Assembly (NCBI GenBank): GCA_951406725.2
Contig: OX597840.1
Location: 38,192,001-38,256,000, forward strand
Origin: Octopus vulgaris
Lineage: Eukaryota
Reading direction: 5' to 3'
DNA length: 64,000 bases
Shown: one piece after another, positions 36,494 to 49,601 of the stretch
Layout: every line of letters begins with the position of its first letter
Position numbering within the stretch: the stretch's first letter is position 1
Notes under the pieces: model-generated
What the model saw: the letters and a program-made list of their open reading frames with translations, nothing else
What the model was told of the DNA's origin: nothing
Database searches by the model: none
Made by a program: the position numbers and the translations under genes

Positions 36494-36560
36494 AACACTA
36501 CGATCGTTTCATGGCTGTCCAATTCTTAAAATTTAGGGTTACAGTCATTCTTCAGGTGAT
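36494..36560 (-). ncRNA. Canonical-core hammerhead in TA-flanked PLE-derived element (36370-36565)
   Basis: Minus strand: aucac|CUGAAGA|AUGACUGU..ACAGCCAU|GAA-ACGAUCGU-A|guguu. Confidence 0.85.
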
Positions 36561-36617
36561 TTATATTTATATATATATGTGTGTGTGTGTTTGTGTATCT
36601 GATAAGATGTAAATATA

Positions 36618-36831
36618 TATTTCTTTATTGGCCACATGGGGTTAAACATATATTGGACAAACAAGGAAAGACAGGGGGATTAAGTCGATTACATCGACCC
36701 CAGTGATTAACAGGTACATATATAAGCGACCCTGAAAGAATGAAATGCAAAGTCGACCTTGGCAGAATTCGAACTCAGAACGTAACTGCAGATGAAATAC
36801 CGCTAGACATTTCGCCCGGCGCGCTAACGTT

Positions 36832-36834
<3 letters not shown>
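36618..36834 (-). mobile_element. SINE family A monomer
   Basis: Family consensus match. Confidence 0.8.
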
Positions 36835-36903
<69 letters not shown>

Positions 36904-37156
36904 ACAAAATAATAAATAAAACATATACATATATATACATATATATATATACGTACCTACATCTACATGTATATATACATGCATATATGGGTATAGGACA
37001 CCAAAAAAAAAACCTCGAACACGATGAGAAACGGAAACATAAATACAAAAACAAGGAAATGGACACTTTTCTTCAACAACGAAAAAATAGAGTACAAGAC
37101 ATACAACACAAGGAAAATTCCCCTTCTTCAGCCGCCTCCGTTTCATCTACTCCCAA

Positions 37157-37191
<35 letters not shown>

Positions 37192-37239
37192 TTATATCGT
37201 AAACGTATCGGAGACTCTAGTCTCAGGAATGAAGACGGC

Positions 37240-37590
37240 AGAGGTATGCAGTCAGATATGTATGGAGGACCCTAGAGGGGTTGGTACCAAGTACTATACT
37301 AACTCCCAAACTGGACGTCGCTGCACTGTTGCTAAGGTCCCAATTATCCTATTCAAGGTGAGGATTTGCACGACAGTAGTTGGTAATCCAAGGGCCTGCA
37401 GCTATTTAATGCTTTGCCAAAAATTTCAGGGATCTTCAAAGAGTAGTGGTAGGTGTTTTCAAGAAACAACTTGATCACCCGTTATCCAATTAAAAGGATG
37501 AATCTATATCAAGACAAGAAACTCAAAAGATGTTGACAGTGCTCCAGCATGGCCACAGCCTTAGGACAGAAGCGTATAAACAAGTAAATA
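37240..37590 (+). mobile_element. CR1-group LINE 3' end fragment
   Basis: GLQLFNALPK..FKKQLD..DE; 3' UTR gtgctccagcatggccacag. Confidence 0.6.
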
Positions 37591-37605
37591 TATAGATATA
37601 CATGC

Positions 37606-37650
<45 letters not shown>

Positions 37651-37925
37651 TATAACCAAGAATAAAGCAACAAGAATGGATCAGTATTTTAGTACAATTG
37701 TTTCATACTAAGAATATTGTTATTTAAAGCTGCAAATATTACAGCAAATATTTGCTGTAATATTTGCAGCTTTAAATAAAAATGTTTTCAGTATGAAACA
37801 ATTGTACTGAATTACTGATCCATTCTTGTTGCTTTTTTCTTGGTTATAATCATCCCATATATTTTTATGGTTTATACCATAAAGAATTCTGGTGCATCTA
37901 AGTTAAGTACCATATTCATTTGAAT
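37651..37925. mobile_element. Family X PLE-derived element with a 198-bp loopless palindrome (37651-37848)
   Basis: Centre aaat|attt at 37749/37750; right arm plus extension homologous to 17645-17820; TA-flanked. Confidence 0.8.
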
Positions 37926-39905
37926 TCATTTGAATGTTACTTGTTTTGCTGAAATTATATATATATATATATACAAGTATGTGTGTTGTGTCTGTGTGTG
38001 TTTGTGTGCGTATACCTGCAACTTCCCATTTCGCCACGAGAACCTTATACTGCAGGACGATTGAAACAAGATGAATAATGATTTATTATAAGTCAAATAT
38101 AGATACAAAACAGTTGCTAATTGTTTTTTTGTTTTTTTAACAATTATTTTGGGGATGGAATGTGTTACCTTTTCTTGTGGTATCAGTCAAATTTAGGCCA
38201 CATATCCTGTTTGTCGCTCAGATTATATAGAGTCTGGGGTGAAATCATGCTTTGCAGAAGGTATATATTTTGGGGTCAACTTTTAGGCAGAGTGAATTAG
38301 TCTTCCATCATAATATGATGAATGTAAATACCAGTGAAAAAACGTAAACAATAAAACCAACTAGAGTTTAGGGTACCTGATATCAGATATATATATAAAC
38401 TTTCAGTTATTGTAAAGGTACCTTTATATGAGACAGTGTCACTGGTTGGCGATTACCAGTCGTTGGTTCTCTTACAAAATTCATAAATCTTTAGGCTTTG
38501 GCTTAAGTTACTGAGACAATTTTTGTAAACCTTCCTCCTGATAGACGAGGAAGTTAATGCCAGCCATAAACTTCGATTAGATGACTAAATAGTTCGCCTG
38601 CAATGAATAGACTGGTTACGTAAAAATAACATAAAATATTGGATTTATGCAATATTTATCACATATAGCGAGGATGGTCAATTTGTTCGCATGTAGTTTG
38701 GTGCAAAAAATCGATAGAATCTCGTATAAAATAGAGAATAAATGTATGATTAATAAATATACTAACAAATAATCACATAGACGGACCTTAATGAAGTTTA
38801 AATGTGGTTTGATCAAAACTATATTTGCAGTTTAGATACCGAGCGATCGAATCGATTTATACAATCTGCCACTATCTCTTTACGACCGATCAGCAGAAGA
38901 CAATTACACGGGCCACTTTTGAGAAAAGGGGAAATTGTATATATACGCACATACATGCATATATGTGTGTATGTGTGTATCTGTGTGTGTTTTTGTGTGT
39001 ATATATGTATATATATATAAAACTATATATATGCATACATATATATTTATATACACACATATACATATATCCATACAAATACATGTATATATGTATAAAT
39101 ATATATGTATATATATATATTTATATATATATATATAAATGTAAATATAAAGATACACAAACACACACACACATACACACACACATACACATATATATAT
39201 ATATATATATAATGCACATATCTATATATGAATATATATACAAACATCGATACATATATATGTGCATATAAATACACGTGTATCTATATCTATATATATA
39301 TATATATATACACACAAACACATAAATATCTATATGTGTATCTATCTATAGATTTCTTCCTCAGTCTGTGTGTGTTCGTATATATATATATATATATGCA
39401 TGCATGTATGTATGTATGTATGTATGTATGCATATATATATACATGTATGTCTATCTATTTATTTCTCTGTCTATCTATATCAAAATCTATATCTATGTT
39501 TATATATATATACATATACATGCACTCGTGGCTAACAGAGCACATTAACGCGTGTGTAATGGACAAGATATTAAATCCGTTCATGAGTGGTTAATGCGGA
39601 TCGAGTTTTTCCTTTCAGTGGTATACAACGACGTCTTTTAAGTCAGCGAATTCCATTGACGTCATCTTTAGAGGCGACCATTATATAGCAAGACCATTTC
39701 CAAGATACAGTTCAATTAATAAAAAGGAATATTAATACGATATAGAACATATTTTAGTGGGCTTCAGTCTGCACATCGTTTGTGTGTGTGTATGTTTTTT
39801 TTCTAGTCAAAATGAAGGTATGTAGAAAATCACATCATATATATATATATTTACACATATATGGATTCATATCCTCCCCCTCCCCCCATATATATATATA
39901 TATAT

Positions 39906-40000
<95 letters not shown>

Positions 40001-40107
40001 TTATATATATATATAGGGAGAGAGTTCACGAAAAAACAAAAGACGAAGACAGGTGGTGTAGAAATTTAGAAATTAAACAGAATGATTAGTATAACGCTCA
40101 GGAATAC

Positions 40108-40138
<31 letters not shown>

Positions 40139-40214
40139 TATGTAGGTGCTCATTATAAATGTATATACACTTAAGCACACACACACACAAACACACATAC
40201 ACACACATACACAG

Positions 40215-40272
<58 letters not shown>

Positions 40273-40529
40273 TACAAGTCTTTATGTGTATGTTTTTCTA
40301 TAGGCACTCAGTCTGTTTGGTTGCTAGGTACATAGTTATATAGACAGGTAAGTAATGAGGTAAACAGGTTTATATATCTTGTGCGTGTGTTTCTTTGTAC
40401 TTATTCATATATTTGTGATGGGTCATAGAGTCCGTGTAAATATCACTTTACTGGAGAATATAGTGTAGAATTATTTAGCTATATATTACTTACGAATAAG
40501 TGAAAAAAAAACATAGTTATTACGTGTAA

Positions 40530-40906
40530 TCTCTCTATATATAAACGGCAGTTTGTCTGTGTGTGTTTCTGTGTGTCTGTTTTCTCGTACCCTCACTCTG
40601 ACCACGGCTTTCAACCGATTCTGATGAAACTTGACACACACATAGCCCAATGTCATAATTCAAAACTAACGCAGCGAAAATTTTGAAAAGTTCCCCCAGT
40701 TCTGAAAAAAATCGATAAATTCGACATGGGGTCGAGAATAAAAAAAAACAAACCACAGACTGTCTAGGGGACGCAACTCAACCTTTTTTTACTCTCAAAA
40801 AAAAATTTACCATCATTTTTTTTTCCATTTTTTGCCTATAACTCTCTAAAGATGCTTTATAGTTATTTCCCTTACAAACCTGAGCAACGCCGGGCGATAC
40901 TGCTAG
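40530..40906 (+). mobile_element. Non-autonomous Helitron
   Basis: A|TC start (tctctctatatataaa), subterminal hairpin cctgagcaacgccggg, CTAG|T end, no TSD. Confidence 0.8.
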
Positions 40907-41114
40907 TGTATATATATAAGTCATTTTGTCAGAAGCATTATGAGAAATGGAGAACGACGCACAATAACAGGCACTTGTTGCTAACCAGAGTTTTGAAAGA
41001 GTGTTGTAGTTGATAAGGGGTAAAGTGTGTTTCAGGTTTTTGGTTGAAGGTTTACTCTCAGCATGCACATTCCTCATAACGATTTCGATGGCTTCAGCGG
41101 TTTAATAATTATGT

Positions 41115-41499
41115 CGTGGCACTTCGTTGGTTACGACAAACAGGGTTCCATTTGAGCCGATCAACGGAACAGTCTGCTCATGAAATTAACGTGCAAGTGG
41201 CTGAGAACTCCGCAGACATCTGTGCCCTTAACGTAGTTCTCGGGGTGATTCAGCGTGACATAGAGTGTGACAAGGCTGGCCCCTTTGAAATACAGGTACA
41301 ACAGAAACAGGAAGAAAAGCTGAGAAAAAGTTGTGGTGAAAGAGTACAGCACGGTTCGACACTACCTCCTGCCGGAGCCTCGTGGAGCTTTAGATGTTTC
41401 CGCTCAATAAACACTCACAACGTTCGGTCTGGGAAGCGAAACCGCGATCCCACGACCGCGAGTCTACTGATCTAACCACAGGTCCATTGCATCTGCACT
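41115..41499 (-). mobile_element. tRNA-derived SINE family D with 10-bp TSD
   Basis: Minus-strand head tggacctgtggttag..ggtttcgcttccc; ataattatgt at 41105-41114 and 41500-41509. Confidence 0.75.
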
Positions 41500-42195
41500 A
41501 TAATTATGTAGGGGGAATACGATTAAATATGCCGTTATATCAGAGGAATGGTGAGTAAAGTTTATTTGTCTTCGTTAACCTATTCCTTGTAGAAACTGGA
41601 GCGCAAGCAGTTTTGTTTGGTATATACCTGTATAACGCCTGAAGTTTCACTCGTACCAGATATGCTCCTGATAAACCTCCGAGTCTTGCGGCTGCAGCCT
41701 TTGTTTCTTTGGAGGAAATATTTCGGATGTTAGGTTCAAACAAAGGAGAAAAGCGAGGGCTGTAGCATATTACCTGCCTTCTCCATCTATTCCACCAATA
41801 TACGATTTAGAGGGGGGGCAGTCGGTTTAGTGGAGATCTTACCTAGGAAATTTGGTATGGCTCTTAAGAAAGGTGTCTACCTTAGTCTTAAGTTTAGCTA
41901 GTAATGAAAGCACCATCTGGTTTACTGACTTTTAAGGCGTTTGTTTTTGCTATTCTTATAATTTCTTATGTTCCTCGGTAGATATAAAATTATGCATACG
42001 GGTGGGGTGTATATTAGGTCATGCCCTTTTCTTAACATTTAATTTAACATATAAATTCCAAGGCAGTGTGTCGTGTATGATAATTTAAAGACTTAAATCG
42101 CTTATGGAATAATGTCAATCGGGCTGCTAAACATGTGTACGCTATATACAAAAACAATGTAACCATAGAGCGCATACGTATATATGTATGCCTAA

Positions 42196-42258
<63 letters not shown>

Positions 42259-42275
42259 TATACATATATATTATT

Positions 42276-42317
<42 letters not shown>

Positions 42318-42819
42318 CACACACAGATAGATACACACAAACACATACGCACACTCATGGAAACATATTCACGCACACTGCCAAGGTAAGGGAGACGAGT
42401 GTAAACGATAGGAAGTTTTTGAAATACGTGTTAGGAATGGAAGAACAAAAGAGATTGTAAGATGTCAAGATAAGTGAATGCATGAGACGTTCACGATATG
42501 TTTCGCAAATGAATGCACGCGAACAACATTCATTAAAATCTTTTCTTGTGTGAATATGAGAGTATATTGAGGATAACAGGTTCAATAAAAGTCTTCCTAT
42601 TGAAAGTAACGCGTACACTCAATGTCTTTGAGGCGCTATCAGTCTTCAGTCGTAGAAGTAGAGACACTGTGGAGCATTTGTACGAATTCATAACTTTCTA
42701 TTTGTCATGCGGTATACATATATTTATAAACATATGTGTGTGTGTGTGTGTGTATGTGTGTAGGATTGCACGTATAATTACGCAGATATATCACACACTC
42801 ACATATATGTATATGCTTC

Positions 42820-43053
42820 TTGCAGAAACGTTAGCACGCCGGGCGAAATGCTTTGCGGTGTTTCGTCCACCGTTACGTTCTGAGTTCAAATTCCGCCGAG
42901 GTCGACTTTGCCTTTCATCCATTCGAGGTCGATAAATTCAGTACAAGTTACACAATGAGGTCGATATAATCGACTTAATCCGTCTGTCTGTCTTTGTTCG
43001 TCCCATCTATGTTTAGCCCCTTGTGGATAGTAAAGAAATATCTATTTCGTCTG
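42820..43053 (+). mobile_element. SINE family A monomer
   Basis: Family consensus match. Confidence 0.8.
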
Positions 43054-43708
43054 TCTTTTCTTGCTGTTGGATGGGAAATGTTGGAAATGTGGTAACTGTC
43101 GATAGACTTCAAGCCGCAGCTTTATCGAAAGCAGAACCAATAACATTGACAGAGTTGCGCTATTGGACTGCCAGGTGGGAGAAATTCAGCAGCCTCATCA
43201 CGAATCAGAGATTATCTTAAGCAAATATAATATATAGTAAATCTCTGAACGAGGTATAAACAGTAACTGCGCGACAACGTGAAGTATATTTGCCATCTAA
43301 ATGTGGCCAACCACTAAGGGTGGATGTTACTATATCTTGTAACCCAAGGAGAACATCTCCAGCTGTGCCCTATCGGTATATGCAAAGGGAAACCATCCTT
43401 CCCATCGTCGACCTGACGTGATACGCTCGGACCCGGGTTTCTGAGTATTTAACCGTCATCAGCCCACGACAATCAACAATCTTCGATGCGAACGGATCCC
43501 AATGCAAATACATATATAATTTTCCCAGTGACTTTTCGTCAGTGATCGCGAAAAAGGGAAAACAAGCATACAGGCACAGGCTCATTTGTGTGTGTGTATA
43601 TATATATATATATATAGGGAGAATTCACAAAAAAACAACAAAAGACGAAGACAGGTGGTGTAGACAAAAAACAGATGTATTAGTATAGCGTTCGGGAAGT
43701 AAAAAAGT

Positions 43709-43744
43709 CTTTAATGATTCGAGCTAACGCTCTTCCTCAGAAAG
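43709..43744 (-). ncRNA. Degenerate very small hammerhead (family Y)
   Basis: Minus strand: CUUU|CUGAGGA-a|GAGC-guua-GCUC|GAAucauu|AAAG. Confidence 0.55.
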
Positions 43745-43832
43745 GAACACAGAAAGAAACGAGGAGAGAAAATAAAAAATGTGTAGTGGCTAGCGATCTA
43801 TCATATATTTATATTCACACGCAATCATGCAT

Positions 43833-44067
43833 TTATTTCTTTATTGCTCACAAGGGTCTAAACATAGGGGGGGACAAACAAGGACAGACAAAAAGACTAA
43901 GTCGATTAGATCGACCCCAGTACGTAACTGGTAATTAATTTATCGAACCTGAAAGGATGAAAGGCAAAGTCTACCTCGGTGGAATTTGAACTCAGAACGT
44001 AACGGGAGACGAAATACTGGTAAGCATTTCGCCCGGCGCGCTACCGTTTCTGCCAGCTCGCCGCCTT
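43833..44067 (-). mobile_element. SINE family A monomer
   Basis: Family consensus match including head. Confidence 0.85.
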
Positions 44068-44575
44068 TTGCACACATACATTTGTACTCTATGAAGGAGT
44101 ACATCCAGTACTCGTTTACTCACGAGTTTTCTGAATAAAGGCTAAATTAATGAGTAGCGGCAGGCAGTTATCTCCACTGCACATTCATATCTGACTTGGT
44201 TGAACATGAGGAACTTCAGAATAAAGTACACTAAGTACACACGAAATGCTTTACATAAATGTCAATTTTAATAAGAATATATTCTGATATTTTTGTAATT
44301 CATGTTGCACAAAATTAAATACAGCGAGGAACGAGAGACTCACGGGAAATGCTTAAAGGAAAAGATCCCAACGGCGAGGTATCAATTGACAGGTAGGAAA
44401 TAATTGCCGAGAAAATTAGAATATACGAAATATTTATGAAAATTTGAAGGAAATAACAATAAGTCTTTTAACTTATATATATATTACAGCCAACAATGAT
44501 ATATTATAAATTTTGTGTGTGTGTGTCTATATATATGTATGTATGTATGTATATTTATATTTATATGTATGTATG

Positions 44576-44624
<49 letters not shown>

Positions 44625-45590
44625 GTGTATATGTTTATATATATAGGGAGAGAGAGGATGTGACGCTAAATTGTCGCCATTTTAAATTTAGTGCACGTGC
44701 ACTGTTTGATTTTGGATTTTGTCGACAACACAGAATAGTAGAGTCAGTTGGGCACCGTCTGTGACAAAATATTCACCGTGACGCAGTTCACTTTGGCAGA
44801 ACTTTGGCCTTTGCGCCGGAGATTCCAATACGAACATTTCAGAGTGTTTGGGTGTCAATCTGAGGGCGGTGAAGGGAATTCAGAAAGAGTTAGATACGTC
44901 TTATTGTTATTACGAATGTGTTTGGATCGATGACAAGTGACTTCTACTTTATGCCTGCATTCATTTTCCTACACGGCTTCAGACTCAACACGGAGGTCTA
45001 CATCAAGTGCTTGGAGGAGATAGTGCTGACCTCGGTCAAGGGAGGGACTACTGGAACACCCGATGTCAGGCTGCAGGACTCTAGACCATGACACACAGGC
45101 AAGAAAACCCAATCATAGGTAGCCGGACAATTTCTGCGACCAGAGCAAACCTAACATCTGGCCACCTAACTCCTCGGACTGCAATCTCCTCGAGGATTAT
45201 GTGTTAGGCACAGTTGAACGAGGGAACTAGAAATCACCTTGTAACACCAAAGATGAACTGAAAGTAAGGATTATTGCAGCATCCACCAACTTAAACAAGG
45301 AGGTTGTCAAGGATGGTTGCAAAAGTCGTCTGTCGGCCATGGTTTCAAGCCAAAAGCAGTTTCATTGAACGAATATACTCTATAGCATTTCAAGATATGT
45401 TTATGCAATTTTAGTACATATAACAGTTAAAATGAGATGTCAGTACTATTTTCGGAGATGTACTTGCATAGCGAGTGACTTGTTCTCAGTTCGTGTGCTG
45501 AAACGAAAACAATTGAAGCGTGGAAGGTGTTTGTAAGCCATTTAAGAAACACACAAAAGCCGTTCGATTTACTTCAATATTTAAGTTTAA

Positions 45591-45641
45591 TTTGTCAAAA
45601 TATTTTCGTCGCTATAAGACCGCGACCTGTTCACTGACAAA
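45591..45641 (-). ncRNA. Hammerhead with G3-C8 swapped core, left arm of palindromic element
   Basis: Minus strand: UUUGUCA|GUGAACA-g|GUCGC-ggucuuaua-GCGAC|GAA-AAUAUU-U|UGACAAA. Confidence 0.75.
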
Positions 45642-45671
45642 AGTCCGTGCAAAAAAGATACAGCACGGATT

Positions 45672-45722
45672 TTTGTCAGTGAACAGGTCTCGGTCTTATA
45701 GCGACGAAAATATTTTGACAAA
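45672..45722 (+). ncRNA. Hammerhead with G3-C8 swapped core, right arm of palindromic element
   Basis: Same as 45591-45641 with one stem II mismatch (GUCUC). Confidence 0.7.
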
Positions 45723-46199
45723 TTAAACTTAAATGTTGAAGTGAATCGAACGGCTTTTGTGTGTTTCTTAAATGGCTTACAAACACCTTCCACGTTGCAA
45801 TTGAGTACTATTTTCATATTTGCGTTAGTTAGACGGCAATTTGTTCACCACGCCCTGTATATATATGTTACGAAGTGGTGTGGTGTATGGCATTGCTTCT
45901 TGGGCACCGTGATGGTGGTAATACTGTTCTTGTAGAGGCATGAGGTATATCGTCGGTGAGAACATTTATAGGCTCCTTGTTGTGCGCAGCTGGGAGCTGC
46001 GAAGCTTCTAACAATGCAATTTCTAAGATTCCTATCTTTTCTAAAAAAGCAGGAGAGGCGGTGTAGAAAAAGATAGGGGCGGTTGGTGAGACAAATGCGA
46101 GAGCTTTGGGTGAGTTTGTCCTACTTGCCGCATAACCATCCTGTGCCTCGTATGTACGTTTATGTATATTTGAAAGTAAACATATATATATATATAGTG

Positions 46200-46360
46200 C
46201 ATGAGTGGCTGTGTGGTAAGTAGCTTGCTTACCAACAACGTGGTTTCGGGTTTAGTCCCACTGCGTGGCATCTTGGGCAAGTGTCTTCTGCTATAGCCCC
46301 GGGCCGACCAATGTCTTGTGAGTGGATTTCTTAGACGGAAACTGAAAGAAGCCTGTCGTA

Positions 46361-46421
<61 letters not shown>

Positions 46422-46636
46422 GTATGTGTGTGTGTCTGTGTCTGTCCCCCTAGCATTGCTTGACAACCGATGCTGGTGTGTTTACGTCCCCGTCACTTAG
46501 CGGTTCGGCAAAAGAGACCGATAGAATAAGTACTGGGCTTCCAAAGATTTAGTCCCGGGGTCGATTTGCTCGACTGAAGGCGGTGCTTTAGCATGACCGC
46601 AGTCAAATGACTGTAACAAGTAAAAGAGTAAAAGAG

Positions 46637-46640
<4 letters not shown>
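46200..46640 (+). mobile_element. SINE family B, full length
   Basis: A-box-like gtggctgtgtgg, B-box-like gggtttagtccc, cttgggcaagtgtctt core, internal (TA)n, (gtaaaaga)n tail. Confidence 0.9.
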
Positions 46641-46730
<90 letters not shown>

Positions 46731-46814
46731 CTTTACTCTTTACTCTTATATATATAGATATGTGTGTGTGTGCATGTGTGTGTTTGTGTGTGTGTTTGTG
46801 TGTGTGTGTGTATG

Positions 46815-46848
<34 letters not shown>

Positions 46849-47590
46849 AATATATCTATGCATGTATATACATTTATTTATATATATACATATAGGTGTA
46901 TATTTTTATACATGTATGCAAACCTCTATATATATATATATATATAAATAGGTGAAAGAATTATCCTATGTTTATCGTCAGATGTCTTCTTCTATATAGG
47001 AGCGTCCACTTCCCAGTTATCCAAGAGAATTTCAAACCATTATTCAACATTCAGAGATAGTAAAAAACGACATAGTACAGGGCTAAGTAAATTAGTTTGC
47101 CGTCTTTAAGACAACAATATAATTTTCAAGTTAGATTGGTTCATACTGTCTATATCCTTTCCTTTTGATAAGGGCAGGAGATTTTGCAACATTTGTAACT
47201 CTGAACTCTTCCATATTCTCTTCTCTAAGGTTCCCCTAGTAAACACACTCATAGAAAAATCATACAAATGTAAACACTGGCAGAAACATACTTTCTACTC
47301 ATATAAATGATAATGATAGTCACTGTGGTTTGAACAATTAGCTTCTCGTCTACCCCACTTCAATAGCGAAATTCTTTCCTAAGCCTTCGAACATTCTTTC
47401 AATCAATGCACCCTTCCCTCTCCACTTGTTCCCTACCTATTATTCCTTTAACCCTTCTCTTCCTACTATCTATCTTCGACGTCAATTCTTCTAACTGTTT
47501 TTTTAGAAAAAACAATCATCATCGCTTTGTTTACCATGTAGGCAGTCATCGAAATGTCTGTTTGTCTTGTTGTCAAGAGAGGCGCCCTTT

Positions 47591-47672
47591 CTTTCCTGAT
47601 GAGAAGATTGCATAAGGCACCCTTTAATCCTTTGGAATGAAAACATGTTGTCTTCGAAACATATGCCGAGAG
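47591..47672 (+). ncRNA. Hammerhead (U16.1C) at the 3' end of a TA-flanked decayed element (~46950-47725)
   Basis: CUUUC|CUGAUGA|GAAGAU..GUCUUC|GAAA-CAUAUG-CC|GAGAG. Confidence 0.7.
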
Positions 47673-48074
47673 TAAAGGAATTTTATTAACATCTTCGTTC
47701 GACTACATTCTTTCATTTATTATATATATATAGCGTGTGTATATATCTAAGCTTATATACAAACACATATATATTTTTACACACTCTTACATACATACAA
47801 TATATATATATATATATATGTACGAATATATTGCTGTCTCTATATATATGTTGTGTGTGCGCGCGTCTGTTTCCGGGTATATATCCGCTTGTATGTCTCG
47901 AAGCATGTACATAGATTGCGTACGTAAAGCGGATCGTGAGTGTAAATCAATTGTTATCGGTAACTCATGTTTCAAAATAATTCTACTGTTGGAAGCCAGA
48001 ATTGCGTGATATGCCTTCTCAGTGTGAGATTAATACTCTTAAACGTCTGCACTGATCTACCGACACTAAACAAC

Positions 48075-48149
<75 letters not shown>

Positions 48150-48295
48150 TATATATATATATATTTATGCATATATATATATATTTATGCATATATATAT
48201 ATATATTTATGCATATATATATATATATTTATGCATATATATATATATATTTATGCATATATATATATATATATATATATATCTTTATAGGAATA

Positions 48296-48340
<45 letters not shown>

Positions 48341-48558
48341 GCATACTCAGAGATAAACCGAGTTACAGACTTAAGACGCTATGGAAATAAGTATATACGT
48401 ATACACGCATACACACGCACATATATATGCAGAGAAAGAGAGAGAGAGAGACAGATTCCTAAGTATGTAATATATATAACATACCAATATCCATATCCAT
48501 GCACACATGAATATTTATGTCTATCTTTCTGAATATGTATGTGTATAGACACACACAC

Positions 48559-48594
<36 letters not shown>

Positions 48595-48809
48595 ATGGGT
48601 GTGTGTGTGCGTGTGTGTGTATGTATGTATGTATGTATAAATATGTGTGTATGAAAGCGAATCTAAATGAGATACATTTTATATATAACGATATATGTGT
48701 GTATACCTGTGTAACGTGTATTTTCATTGATATAATTATCATTATCATCATCATTATTATCATCATCATTATTATTATTATTATCATCATCATCATTATT
48801 ATTATTATT

Positions 48810-48892
<83 letters not shown>

Positions 48893-49553
48893 TATTATTA
48901 TTATTATTATTATTATGAATATCATTAGTTTTATTATCGTCACCACCATCGTAATCATGAGTACCGTCTTTATTATTACAAACGAAGGAAATTAATTGAT
49001 AAACAAACAAGCAGGCAAAACCGAAATACCTGTAATCAATACGTTGGCAGATTTAGAGAAGCAGTGAAAAGATAAATTTGAAATTGAGATATGGAAAAGT
49101 CGCTGACGATCATCCGGGTAACTTTCCTTCGATAGACGCCATTTCGTTTCAGTTGTACGTGATCTGTTGGTGTCTTGTTTTGCGTGTTGATTTACCACTG
49201 ATTGTCACGTAAGATTATATATAACAATGTAACTTGGTAAGGATTGAATGAATGCGTTTGTCATTATCTTCCTTTTGTATGTGAATCTCTGTGTGTATGT
49301 GTGTGTCTAAGTGTGTGTCGGTGTGTGTGTGTGCGTGTGAGTGAGCGATTATCTGTAGGGATGTTAGGAGGTTTGCGTCGCTTTCCTTGTATGTATGTAT
49401 GCATATATGTATGTATGTATGTATGTACATATGTATACATGTATTTATCTACATATGATATATATTGTATATGTATATAATTTACAAATATACATATGCA
49501 TACATACATACATGCATATACATACATATATATGTATGTTTCTATCTATATAC

Positions 49554-49601
<48 letters not shown>

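Larger units (their letters stand above)
45454..45803. mobile_element. Fold-back HHR-bearing insertion (PLE-derived), 12-bp TSD
   Basis: Arms 45510-45650 and 45663-45803; agtactattttc duplicated at 45442-45453 and 45804-45815. Confidence 0.8.
44643..45860 (+). mobile_element. Decayed Tc1/mariner-superfamily transposon
   Basis: ~44950-45340 reads MPAFIF..LNTEVYIKCLEE..QDSRP*H..IWPPNSSDCNLLEDYV..NTKDELK; right end ccctg-ta; degenerate left TIR (aaattgtcgcc vs gacggcaattt). Confidence 0.75.

Noticed and set aside
37115-37160. Hammerhead candidate (CUGAAGA on minus strand) in a TA-flanked element
   Set aside because: No GAAA or stem III follows the hairpin
41540-41900. LINE RT fragment on minus strand
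   Set aside because: Similarity too weak to assign without a search
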